64,000 nucleotides of DNA, from contig MCFE01000260.1 in the NCBI GenBank assembly GCA_002104905.1, positions 46,589-110,588 of the forward strand. The letters run 5' to 3'. Below, piece by piece: positions 1 to 12,167 of this stretch. Under the pieces are notes generated by a model. It did no database searches, was not told where the DNA came from, and saw only the letters and a list, made by a program, of their open reading frames with translations. Each line of letters begins with the position of its first letter. Within the stretch, counting starts at the first letter, position 1. The translations under genes and the position numbers were made by a program. The stretch is from Basidiobolus meristosporus CBS 931.73 (taxonomy: Eukaryota; Fungi; Basidiobolomycota).

Positions 1-2670
1 CCAATCTGATTCATGCACCAAGTTGAGCTGTGCAACTTGATCTAATCTTCATAAGGTGTCTGCAACCATGTTGTTTTTTCCAGGGCAGTAGACAATCTCC
101 AAGTCAAATTGCTGAATGTATTCACTCCATCTGGTCATTCCTCTAGAGAGTACCTTTGAAGTAAATATATACTTGAGGGAGGCTTGATCAGTCTTTACAG
201 TGCATTTGACTCCTTCAATATAGCATCTCCATGTCTTCAAACAGTGTATTATAGCCAGCCTCTGCTTCTCATGCACTGGATAGTTCTGTTCTGCTGAGTT
301 CAGTTTCTTGAATTCAAAGGCAACAGGGTAGTCCTTTCCCCCATGTTCTTGGCTCAACACTCCACCATTTGCATAATTTGAAGCATTTGTGCACAGAGTA
401 AACTCTTTTCTGAAGTCGGGTATTTTTAAGCTTGGCACCTTAGCAAGTTCATTCTTTAGTGTCTGGAAGGCAGATTCACAAGCTATGTCCCACTTGTAGG
501 TATTGTCTTTCTTGAGGATATCAGTTAAAGGGGCTGCAATACTTCCAAAGGAATTGACAAATTGCCAATAATAGGGAGCCATTCCAAGGAATGATCTGAG
601 CTCTAATATGCTATGGAGCTGCTTCAGATTCTTGATAACTTCAACTTTCTTAGGGTCTAAGATTACTCCTGTGCTAGTCACTATGTGCCCCAGATATTCA
701 AAATGTTCCTTGAAGAATTCACACTTGGGTAGCTTACCATAAAGCTTGTTCTCTCTTAGCTTCTTTAAGACCTCTTCAATGTGCACCAAGTGATCCTCTT
801 CTGTCTTGCTGTACATCAATATATCATCTAGGTAGATTATGACAAACTTTTTTAAGTACTCCTGAAAGACAGTCTGCATCAGGGTCATGAATGTTGCAGG
901 GGCATTAGTGAGGCCAAAACTCATGACTAAGTACTTGTAATGTCCACATCTGGTCCTGAATGCTGTCTTAGGGATGTCTTCTAGCTTCACCCTGATTTGA
1001 TTGTATCCCAATGTGAGGTCAATCTTGCTGAAAATAGTGGCTCTGTTGAGTTGGTCCAAGAGCTCATCAATCCAAGGTATGGGGTACTTATTCTTCACGG
1101 TAACTGAGTTGAGGGCTCTGTAGTCAATGCACATCCTAAGTGTTCCATCCTTCTTCTTCACAAAAGGTACAGGTGCTCCCCAAGGTGACTTGCTGGGTCT
1201 GATATATCCTTGCTCCAGTAACTGATCTATTTGTATCTTCATCTCTTCCAACTCAATGGACTCATTCTATAAGGTGTCTTACTCACTGGAGGGCTATCAC
1301 CTGTTTCAATGGCATGATCCACATCTCTGACTGGTAGTAGGCTTACAAGCTCTTCTGGAAATACATCTGAATGCTCCTTCAAAAGAGTCTGGACCTAAAT
1401 AACCAGGTTTTCCCAAGTACAAGGCCAAACTTGCAGTTCCCAAATATATAGGCCTGTAGATCTTCTTCATAGTCATGATCTTCATCCTTACTGGCTGATT
1501 AATACGGTTGATTATGTGAGAGTTCCCATCAACTGTTGAGACTGTAACTGATTTGGTGGGTTCCAAGTTGATTCCAGCTTTCAAAGCAAATTGCTCTGAC
1601 ATGTACTCATGCAATGCTCCTAAGTAAATCATGAGCTTGGCAGGTATTCCATTGAATACTCCATTCAAGTATAATAGCTTTCCTGAGTTTGAGGTCATCT
1701 GGGATAGGTATTCTTCTGTCATATGGAAGGTGAGCTCTGAGTCTTCTTCAAGTTCATCCTCCATGTTACTACGCTTCATGGCCTCAACATGGTAAAGGCT
1801 CTTGATGGCTGGTGTCCATTTCTTCTCTGAAGGCAGTGCTTTGCAATATGTCCCTGCTGGTGGCAATTGAAGTAAAGTCCTTTCTTCTTACATTCTTCTG
1901 CATAGCATCTATTTCCATTGGCACAGCTTCTGATTGTCTTCTTTCATAGTGATTATAACCTCTCTGATTAGTGATTGTGGGCTTCCCAACTCCAGACATA
2001 GCTGAGTCATAGTCAATGGCAATCTTGATGGCTTCTTCAATAGTCTGAGGTCTTTAATACCTCACTTCCCTACAAGTTCTTTCTTTCAATCCATCAATAA
2101 AGTATTCAACTTGATCCAGAGGGTCTATTCATTTGAATGGTCCTTTCTTTAAGTTTGTCCAAGTAGACATCTATATTCATAGATGTACTCTTGAGCCATT
2201 CCTTTCTGTTGGAGTGTCTTTGACTTTCTTCTTAGTAGTTTCTGTTGGTGTGGGGGCTCAAAGGCATCCTGAATTTCCAACACAACCTCATCCCAGGTAG
2301 ATATTGTAGAGCATACCATTATGGTGGCTGACCTTATCTTGTTGTGGTGCCACTGTAAAGCTGCATCTGCCAGTTAAGAGGCTGCATAATGTAATGTGCT
2401 TTCTGGAGCAATTCCTTTAGCCTTGAAAGCTTCTTCAGTCTGGAAGAGCCAAGTCCCAGGTTTTCATTGACCCTACCATGGTACCGGCTGACCTTCACAC
2501 TAAAGTTGCTCTTGACGGGGTTTTGCTGGCTTTGGGCCATGGTAGTCATTCCTTGTTGCTGTTGGGCCAGGATTTGTTGCATAGCATTCTCCCATTCTTG
2601 ATTTTTGGACATCTTGAGGGAGGCTTCTTCTTTCTTCAGGAGGGAGGTTTCTGGTTATCGCTGCTACCAA
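1..2670 (-). mobile_element. Ty3/Gypsy retrotransposon internal region (decayed gag, zinc knuckle, protease, RT-RNaseH); runs off the window start
   Basis: ORF 49..1251 has Gypsy RT motifs ([23 protein letters not shown]) and RNaseH. ORF 1306..1866 is protease-like with the catalytic D lost. FNCHQQGHIAKHC knuckle near 1850-1880. Gag fragment at 2334..2612. Confidence 0.95.
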
Positions 2671-3039
2671 TGCTACCAGTCCTGGTATAAGAGTTGTAGA
2701 GGAATAGGGAGTTTAGCTAGTATTGTATTCACTAAAACTTGAACTGATCTTTATTGAGATTCCAGCAGCTCCTTAAATACATTTTGTCAGATCAATTGCT
2801 GACTAATTGTATTTCCTAATGTAGGTTGTGGCTGATGACTCATTTGATTGCATCATCATCACCCACTAAGAGCCTACCTAATACATTTATTTCTGTCTGA
2901 TAAGGATCTGCTGATTCATTTGCTGACTAATGCTACCTATTTATTAGATAATACTGAAATACTGATAACCTAAACATATAACTTATTGATTTGACTAAGA
3001 ACTGATCTAACTTAAATATTCAAGCAGCAGATCACAACA
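2671..3039 (-). repeat. 5' LTR of the Gypsy element (TGTTG...TAGCA, ~369 bp); PBS at 2659-2669
   Basis: The minus strand begins TGTTGTGATC and ends GGTAGCA, followed after 1 nt by TGGTAGCAGCG (tRNA-3'-end-type PBS) and then gag. Confidence 0.8.
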
Positions 3040-5640
3040 TAGGTATGGGAAGGGATATGCTACATGAAAAGGGAATGGACCACAAGTTCTGGGCTGAATT
3101 TATTGCTACTATGGTAAAAATTGGAAAAATATGCACAACTGCAGCACTACATGATTGTACACCCTTTGAAGCATATACAAAATCAGACCTTTGGCACCTC
3201 AGGGCCCTTGGCAGTGATGACTCCTCATAAAAAATTGTTTTGATGATCCTGTCAGTAGGCTGTCTTGAATCTGAAGTCCCATGACTAAGAGGTATTTGTC
3301 CCATCAGAACATCTTGCAAAGACCATCAAATAATAATTGCACTCCAGATTTCCAAAATATTTGATCAAAATTTTTCATCACAACAATGAAATTATGGCTT
3401 TTGCTTGATTCCCTGCCATTTATCTCTGTTTCTGATCCTGGACACTCTGGCATCTCCTACATTTGTGTGCATTGATTGGTTATTGCCTCTTTTTTACACT
3501 CCTTACTTCCTAACTCAACTATTTTGCTTACTTTTTGTGCCAGAGGGTATTTGTTGGGGCAAAAGCTTTCCACTGGGGGCAATGCATTTGCTTTTCAACA
3601 ATATCCCTATACTAACAACATAGTTATACATGGGGCCTTTGAATCTAAATGAGCCCTTTAAGATGCTGGAGAAATTTGAAAAAATTGGCAAGATATTACA
3701 CAGTGTCTGCTATCCTAAGTACTTCTCACAGGCTCCAATCAACATTCATATGCTTATGCAACTATACATTGCAAGGACTAGGTGAGCTGGATATGTATTG
3801 ATTCAATTGGCCTTGTGAAGCCATTTCTACCAAGAGTACACTTGGAGTATTGAGAATCACATGTTGACATTGTAAGAATAATTATCCAGAAGCAGATCAC
3901 CAATGCCAACTTGATGCATCTACAGCTTTTGTGCAAGGTGCTTGCAATGGGATTTGAGTGGCTATATTACAAGCATACAGCAGAACTCCTAGATCTCTGC
4001 TGCTACTGTATCCATTCTCTACTCCATCTTGCTTGGTGTGCTGAGAATATTGGACCATGCTTCACCTTTTGGGAGTTTCCCATTGAGCAAATGTGTGGGG
4101 AGATAGGAACACAAGTTAAGTTGCAGGTACTACCATATCCCAATCTCATCAAGAATATTACCTTCAAGTCCATCATTGATGAGATGAGTTGGCACATGGA
4201 GGACACCCAGGAATAGCTGGAAGATACTAAGGACAAATGTGCACATGGAGACACCTATGCCTCTGGCATTAAGAAGCTAAGCAGCCCCAATATGTGGGTA
4301 ATCAGTTATGTAATGCAAAGTTGGATTGGGTGCAACAAGCAACTAATTTTTATTAGGAAAACTCTACCAAGATATGCTGGATTTCTTGGTCACAAGGCTA
4401 TTTCTGCACCATTCAATACAAAATTCAGACAAACAAGAGCCAAATGCACCTGTACAGGGGTATAGAATCCAGCAGGGAGAAGGAATATATTGGCTAGGTG
4501 TCAAGATGTTCTTTGTAGATATTCATTAGTTGTTGATGGCAGAAGTGATGGCAACCAAGCATATGTTTGCAAGATTTATAAGTTACCAGCAATACAAGGA
4601 ATATGGCAACTTTGCAAATATCACACTGAAAAGCCGTAAAGTTCAGGTGATAGAAGTATGTCAGCTGCCACAGATTGGCGTGTTTGTAGAGGTTAGTAAG
4701 CAGGAGGCCATAGTATTTTTTGATTCAAACTATATGTGGAATACCCAAGGTAGTAGAGGGTAAGCAAATAAAGAGGGGTCATTCTACAGTGGAATATATG
4801 AACTCCACAAGGGGAGGTAGAGAAAGAAAACACCATTTGGTAAGTTGGTATGGTGATAATATACAGAACTAGCTGTAGGCCACTATACTGCTGTGATAAT
4901 GCCATCAGAGGCTTGCAAAGAGGCCATCAAAACACTGTCAATTTTTTGGCCATATAAGGCAATTGGATGTACTGGCCATTTAGATCCACTCAAATAGTGG
5001 TAAAGCACACTAAGACCACAACAATGCCATGCCACCCTAGGCAAAGCACCATACAAACACTGTTATATTATTAAACTTTATTTGGCTCTAAAATTAGCAA
5101 GATGCTGTTGTTATTCCATCATAAGATTGTGTCAATGCCCATTAAATCCAAGCTGCTGGTATTATAGCAGTTTGCTGACAGGATCTTGATGGCCAATCTA
5201 GATTGGATCTACCTGCAGGAGCAAATTACTTTTCATAGGGTGTTTACTACATCCTGAGCAAAAATGCTCATAATTGGAACCAAAAAGTAGAAAAGGAATC
5301 TTCCTTGGCTATTGTGAAGATACTACAGGGTATTGAGTATATGAGTGCAAAAATCAGATGCTGAACAGGAGGAGGGATGCTGTATTTGGGGAGAACTTGG
5401 ATAAGAAAGCCACTGAGGTCATTGGCTGGCTACCGGATAATATAATCACCACTAATGTGGAAGAAACACACCTAATCAGCAAGATACAGAAGAAAACTCT
5501 ACCAGTTCCATGAAGAATCTTATCTTCCTATATGTGCTAAACCCCAGAATCTGGAACAAGTGATGCAAAGTCCAGATGCTACTATGTGGCACCAAGCCAT
5601 GGAGGAAGAGTATCAATCACAGTTAATGGCTGAAACTTCA
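3040..5640 (+). mobile_element. Ty1/Copia relic (integrase C-terminus to RT start), split by a CACTA-like insertion at ~3222-5240
   Basis: FWAEF...TPFEAY...HLRALGSD at 3045-3220 resumes at 5241 as LEPKSRKGIFLGYCEDTTGY, followed by W..AMEEEY near 5590-5615. Confidence 0.85.
3222..5240 (+). mobile_element. CACTA/EnSpm-like DNA transposon derivative with a decayed transposase C-terminal half
   Basis: MHLLFNNI and HSLLHL...IGP...WEFPIEQMCGEI motifs (3575-4216). The right end TTTTCATAGGG and both subterminal arms match the element at 12168-14195. The left end is degenerate, so its coordinate is approximate. Confidence 0.75.
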
Positions 5641-5650
5641 AACTGGTAGA

Positions 5651-7548
5651 TGTTGCTGCAAGAGTCTTGGAGAAGTTGGAAGTGATTGGGAGAACAAATA
5701 GATTATTTAATTTTCACTTGATGATTAACTGAATGTAAAAGTGATATCTTTACTTTTACAAGGTCTCAGCATAACAAACATGCAAAGTAGGTGAAGGAAG
5801 TTCCTAAGAGCATGTGTGCAAGGTTTGAGGCTACTTTAGCTAGGTTATTTTCTAAAGCTTCATGTATGGAATGATGTCTAATATCTAGGTGCTTAGCTTT
5901 AGCATGAAAAGCTTGACTTCTACTTAATTGGGAGATTTTTGATTATCTTGAAATAGAATATTAGGTGTCTTTTGACATGGGCCTAAATATTAAAAGCTCC
6001 CTTAACCACATTGCTTTGTTTGTAGTTTCACCAGCTGCCATATACTCTGCCTCTGTGGAAGAAAGTGCTCCAGTTGGTTGCTTTCTTGAATTTCTTGAAG
6101 TTGCTCCTTTACAGTAAAGAATGGTGTAACCTGTGGTAGCTCTTCTGTCTACCAAATATTGTCCCCATTCAGCATCAGAGTCTCCCACTAGATTATGTTT
6201 GGAATGCTTATAACTGTATCTTAAGCAGATATCAGAAGTTTCTTTTAGGTATCTAAAAATCCTCTTAACTGCTGCAATATGATCAAATCCATAATTCTGA
6301 TTATACTGGCCAACAAGTTCTACTGAATATGAGATATCTGGAAGTGTTCCAAGCATGATATACATCAGACTGCCAATCATAGATTGATAAGGAAAGTCAG
6401 GGCTTTCAGATGGCCCTAAGCTCTCTTAATTCTTTTGCATTTTGACCAAGGTAAGGTTTGTCTTCATTGGGGTAGCTGCCTGTTTAAAGTCTTCTATTTG
6501 GTACTTCATTGTATATCAGGAATATACTTGGATAGGTTTAAGGTGATAGTCTGGGTACTTTTGTCTATGGAGAACTTTATCCCAAAGTAGTACCTGAGAT
6601 CTCCCAGACTGGACATCTTGAGCTCTTTAGATAGGCTGGACTCAGCTTCTTCCAATGTTTGTAGGTTGTTGGTGGCTATGATAAGATCATCCACATAGAG
6701 TGCTGATAGAGCTGGACTTGTTCTATCTGGCTTAGAGTATATGCTACAGTCATCATTACTTCTTTTGAAACTCAAGGTTTCCAAATAATAGTCTATTTTA
6801 CAATTCCAGGCTCTTGGTGATTGTTTGAGTCCATATAGAGACTTTTTAAGCTTGCAGACCAAATGGGGGTTATCTTGATCAAGAAAACCCATTGGCCTGG
6901 TCCCTATACATGTTCTCATCAAGTTCTTCATTCAAAATGCAGTTCTTACATTCACTTGATGTATAAAAAACTTACATTTGGCTGCAATAGCTAATATGAG
7001 TCAGATGAAATCAAACTTGTCAACAGGTGCAAATGTCTCAATAAAGTCAAGTCCCTTTGTTTGAGAATGCCCTTTGGCCACCAGTATTGCTTTGTATCTT
7101 TTAACTTGCCATCAGCCATGTATTTTGTCATAAGGACTCATTTGCAACCAGTGGATTTTTGGTTGATTGATAATTGGACTAAGTCCCAAGTTTGATTTTC
7201 CATCAGGGCCTGATATTCCTCAGTCATTGCAGATCTCCAAAACTTTGTCTGAGGGCTATTTACGCCCTCTTTTACAGTCTGGAGTATGTCAGTATGGACT
7301 GAATAGGCATAGGATAAGTTTGTACCCTCATTGATATAGAAATTTGGGCTTTTTTTGTCTCTTTGCATCTCTGTGCATTTGATGCTGGAGTGATCACTTC
7401 TGGAATATTCTTGGGCACTGCTTCAGGTTGAGCCACAGTTGTAGAGTCCTCTGCAGTGAGAACATCTTCACTGTTTTGCTGTGATTCAATCCTGTCAATT
7501 GGTGGACTTAAGTTCAGATTTTTGTTATCATCTGATGTTGTATATAGT
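5651..7548 (-). mobile_element. Copia relic, 3' part (RT, RNaseH, LTR 3' half at 5651-~5835); continues at 15936-16690
   Basis: LKKSLYGLKQSPRAW, LYVDDLII, RRATTGY and ALSSTEAEY motifs. 7140-7545 is homologous to 63600-64000. Confidence 0.92.
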
Positions 7549-8290
7549 AGACTTGTTCCATCGTACTGTGCCAGGGCGCGCAGCGTGATCTGCAGTTGCA
7601 AAGAACAATCAGGCGCAATATTATAGCTACCAGAAGGCAGGATTGTTCTTGGACAATTTTGCACTATGCAGGACAATCTCGCACACTATGGCACAATCTG
7701 ACACGATGAGGTTGGCGCGGATGATTGCGCCAACTTGTAATGTTTGCATCACGTGCGCAATTGGATACCGCTTTAATGGCAGGTAAAATCCGGTATTTGT
7801 ATATGTTTCTTTAATGTAAATGGAAATAAATGTGTATCACACTATAACTACACTGATACTTACCATTTTGGTTACCCTCACTCCAATTGGACGGCATCTC
7901 AGTGGTTAATTGGTCCAAAAGTATCCTGAAGCTGGCAGCCCCCAATTGGCTCATTGACTACTGAAAAAGCTACCTGATTTGCCATCAAATATCCCATTTT
8001 GCCCATTGAGCAAGTAAATCCCTGATCCTAGTGATTGGACAAGGTGTCATAGCTAGTACGCAAGCGATCGTGTAGGTGCAAAACAGATCCAATAGCTGCA
8101 CTGGTATTACAGATGACGTAAATATATGCAGGGTGTTTATTTATAGGGGTTCTGTCTCAAATGTGAGACAACCTTGATATTACTTATATCAAAAATTTGA
8201 TGATCACTGATTTGCAGTGGCTTGATTGGGATTGCAAAAAAAAAGGGTTGTTGGGATCATTGCAAATGTGAGCAATTCAAAGCAATTGCA

Positions 8291-10598
8291 TCATCTTCTC
8301 CTGGGTTTTTTTCTCACAAGGATTACTACTGAAGCATTTGGTAGTGACTCACTTTGCACACCTATACTACTTCCTGGCTGACTATCATCTTGGCTACTTG
8401 TGTATTTGTAGTCAGTATTTTGCCTCCTAGTTGATGAGTGCAATGCTGCAGCTTGGCCGTGCTGAATTGCTCCAACTAAACCAACTGAACCGGCCTGTAG
8501 TGCCACGCGCTGACGCGTTCTTTTACTTGCCAAGGGCTCTAGTGGTTGAGGCACTTCATGTTGGTCATCATCAGTCAGTTCACCAGAAGTAACTTGCTGA
8601 TGGTCAGGCAAAATGGCACGCGCAGGCGCGCCTTGACGGGTTGAGATGGCCCTTGGCTGAGTTCAATGTGATGCCGCATGTTGACGCAACTTGGTCCGCT
8701 CCAATGGACTTGTGTCTAAATGAGCAGTTTGGCAAGTTCTTGTAGTTTTGCTCTGAAGCACACACGTTGACTTGATGCGGGGCGTTCTGGTAAAGGGTGT
8801 TGGCATGGTCTGGACTGACGTGTGCCGGCGCGCTGTGGTTGCAAGAGATGGTAGGGAATCCAGCAAGGTGTGCTGGCGCAATCTGGACAATGTTGCTTGC
8901 GGTCTATATTCTTCCTCCTGAAGCTCACCATCTGATACCTCAAGGTATTCACTTACCCTCTGTCTGATACTTTGGAGCTGTTGCCTGGATGAGTCCTGTG
9001 TATATTGCTCTTGGAAGCCACTTAGCTCTACTAATATATCACGTAGTACATTAGTCATTTGAGGCAAAAACTCATTCAAAATCTCTTTGGTTCCTGAAGT
9101 TGAGGCACAAATGGACGCGTATGGCCCGTACTGTGCAAATTGCGCGCAAAATTGTTCCCGCGCGGCTTCTTTGTCAAATCCCCTCACTCTCAGCTCATTC
9201 TTGATTTCAATACTTGGCTTGTTATATATCTTTTTACATACATTGGCTGGCATCTTGATGTAGAACTCATGCCACAGCTTTCTACTCAGATTCTTCCATC
9301 TTTGTTGACTCTCTGAGGTATCTAGTTCTGCTAGATTAATCAGTAGTGCCCAGATATCTGTATGAAGGCTCATCATAGACACTTGTGCCATACTAAAATC
9401 ATTTGGCAAGAACTCAAATGGATCCAACATTGACTTTTCCGGTCCAGTGTGGTGGTGTATAGGTCCAAGGGAGAGATACGTCCAACACTTCTCAAGTGTT
9501 TTGTGTGTGGGGTGTTCACTGGGTGCAATAACCTCTGGCAAAAGCTTGCTAGGAATACTTGGGTTCTGTCTCTAATCTAATGTGAAGGGGAATAAAGCCA
9601 CAAGCTTGTCAAGGGAAAACTATTGAGCTACAATCCCCAACTTAGTTGGTGTCTTAACAAAAGTATGTGCTGGGTTCAGCATCCTTTGAGATGACAATGT
9701 ACTAAAGCTTCCAAAGTCAAAACAACTGTAAACTCCACCAGCAGGGACTTGATAAGAATGCAGCTGTGGCCAATAGTTACAAAGACAGAAAAGTATCTTT
9801 GCCTGTACAAGAACAAACTTGGGAAAGAATCAAATATAATAAAAGATACCTACTCTGAGTATTCCTCACAAGTAGTGCCTCCAAGGTCAGTTGGCTGTCA
9901 GCGCGGTTTCCTGGGAGTGTCCTGTGGTCTGGGGTTGGAAGCTCAGGTAGCAGCAGGTAGCAGTGATCACACTAATCAACAAGTTGGTATATTGATAAAA
10001 GGGATGATGATTTATTGTTGAGGGATAGCCTCCCTTATATACTTTTCTCACTGGCTAAGTGATTACTAATCATGGTGTTACAGAAGGTTCCGGAGATCAA
10101 TAGAAATCTTAATGACATCAGAATGACCTAAGAATGTTCTAAGTAGGTGCCGGAAGGTTCTAAGAGGCACAGCACATCCAACCAATCAAGAAACATTATT
10201 CTGAAACCTGTGTAACATGGGGATACCATATATGGTATGGAAATGGTAGGGATGGTGACATGGGCTGATCATGTGTCATGGGTACTGGCGCAGGTACTTG
10301 CCTAATATAGAAGTACTTATAGCTAGTAATCTTACATAAAGTGAGGGGTAACTTATGCAATAAGGTAAGCAGGTGTGATAGTCAACCGGCTTATGGGATA
10401 GTACTGATTGGGTAAAACAAATGGGATAAAACTGAAATAAGTGTAGTAGAGATATAGGGAAGTAGAAAATAAGGGAATGAGCACATCTGTCAGTGGGTGT
10501 CACTGTCACCCCACTACACCGGACTGCACTTGTGAGCTGGGGGATGGGTTTTGTCTGGGTTGTACTAAACATGAGTTGAGGCTTGGTATGGGGACCAT
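8291..10598 (-). pseudogene. ORF2 of the Pangu-like element (~410 aa reconstructed, unknown function), interrupted by a solo LTR and one in-frame TGA
   Basis: ORFs 8663..9541 and 8291..8611 are in the same frame, separated by TGA at 8663-8665. Removing 9448-10518 plus one TSD copy joins ATG at 10598 in frame. Homologous pieces lie at 12004-12167 and 14196-~14490. Confidence 0.7.
9448..10518. mobile_element. Solo-LTR-like insertion (1071 bp, TGTGGTGG...CCACTACA) with a 4-bp TSD (CCAG/CCGG)
   Basis: Absent from the paralogous site at ~14420-14440. TG...CA ends with a short inverted repeat. TATA and AATAAA on the minus strand near 10000-10040. Confidence 0.8.
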
Positions 10599-10956
10599 AG
10601 CAACGGATTTGGATACTTATACAGCAGTATATTGGCATCAACCTGGTCTTATATGAAATATATATGAAACTAACATGATTGCTGAATTTTCCATATATTA
10701 TGCATGATGCATCTTGGATTGCGTTGACACGGATCAGATCACATCAATTACAGATTTCCTATTTGATTATAGACCTATGATTAAAGCATCAATAAAAGTA
10801 CCAAGGCATTGTTTGCGGATGATTTTTGCAACATAATGATGGGATACATGGCAATTGATGGAGATTTAACCATAATTTGTTAAAAATTAGATAAATAACG
10901 CAGATCGCGCCAAATCAATTCAAACCACCTCCATACAATCATCCATCAATTTTAAT

Positions 10957-11840
10957 ATGACTTACTCATCTGAATGGTCTTTTCTCATCAATCCCATCAC
11001 TACCACTGGATTTCCTTTTGACACACTAGAGGAGATCTATTCCAAGTACTGTGGACCATCAACCCCAATCTACTCAAGGAGATCCCTTGTTAAGCTTCTC
11101 TGCAATTACAAGAACTATTGCCCCACAAGGTTTCATCCCACCATCCATGGCAACAAAAGTCCTAGAAGCTTTCATTCCCAGCTGACAGCAATGGAGAACC
11201 ACCTTGCAGAGGGTATGAATGACTTAGAGCAAGCTTGGAATACTAGGTTCAGAAGCTCCAATAGACTTCCATATCCCAGAGTGTTCAGCAACAGGTTCCA
11301 TATCAGGAGTATTTTGGATACCTTCCCAGTGAGGATTAACAGACCTTCTAGAGGGCAGAGGCACTTTTATTCTGGCAAGTACAAGGCACACTGTGTGAAG
11401 TTTCAAGTACTGTCTGACATTGAGGGTAACATCATCTGGTTTAGTGGGCCATTTGCTGGAAGTAGGCATGACAAAGCACTCTGGGTAGAGAATCATCCTG
11501 AATTCAGTAGAGGGGAGAAATGTATGGCAGACTTAGCCTATATAGGAGAGGATTGTCAGAGATTAGGATGTATTACAGCTTATAGGAAGCCAAGGAATGG
11601 TGTGCTTAGCAGGCAGCAGAAGCTTTACAATGAGATATTTAATCATTTCAGAGTAAGGGTAGAGCACACATTTGGATATCTGAAGAGATTCAGCATATTG
11701 GCAGGTAATGCAGAGGAAAGTCATATATAGGTGAAAACAGCAGAATAGGTAAAATAGTTAAGATACTTATTAATGCACAGTATGTTCATACAAGAAGACA
11801 TCCACTGAGAGAAATGTGTCTGGAGCATTATGAAGAGTAA
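10957..11840 (+). pseudogene. DDE_Tnp_4-type transposase, copy 1 (D-D-E intact; 1-bp deletion near 11708 truncates the C-terminus)
   Basis: ILDTFPVRINRP, YSGKYKAHCVKFQ, GSRHD, ADLAY, RVRVEHTFG. GGTAATGCAG here versus GGTAAATACAG in copy 2. Confidence 0.92.
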
Positions 11841-12167
11841 ATAAAGCAAGGAAAGCACTATTCTGAGCAACATAAGTAAGATTGAGTAAAATTACCAGTA
11901 ACTGTATCATACCACTGGCATCATGGTAGAAATTATAGTGCCAGATCAATCCGGCACTATAAACAGGCTGGCACTATGTGGCACTATCCAACGGAACAAG
12001 TCTATTATTCATTTGAGGCAAAAACTCATTCAAAATCTCTTTGGTTCCCAAAGTTGAGACACAAACAGATGTGTCCAGCCCATACTGTGCAAATTGCACG
12101 CAAAATTGTTCCCACACGACTTCTTCATCAAATCCCTTCACTCTCAGCTCATTCTTGATTTCAATAC

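Noticed and set aside
9455-9541. First 32 aa of track ORF 8663..9541, including H..HKTLEKCW (zinc-knuckle-like)
   Set aside because: It lies inside the solo-LTR insertion, so it is not the true N-terminus of ORF2.
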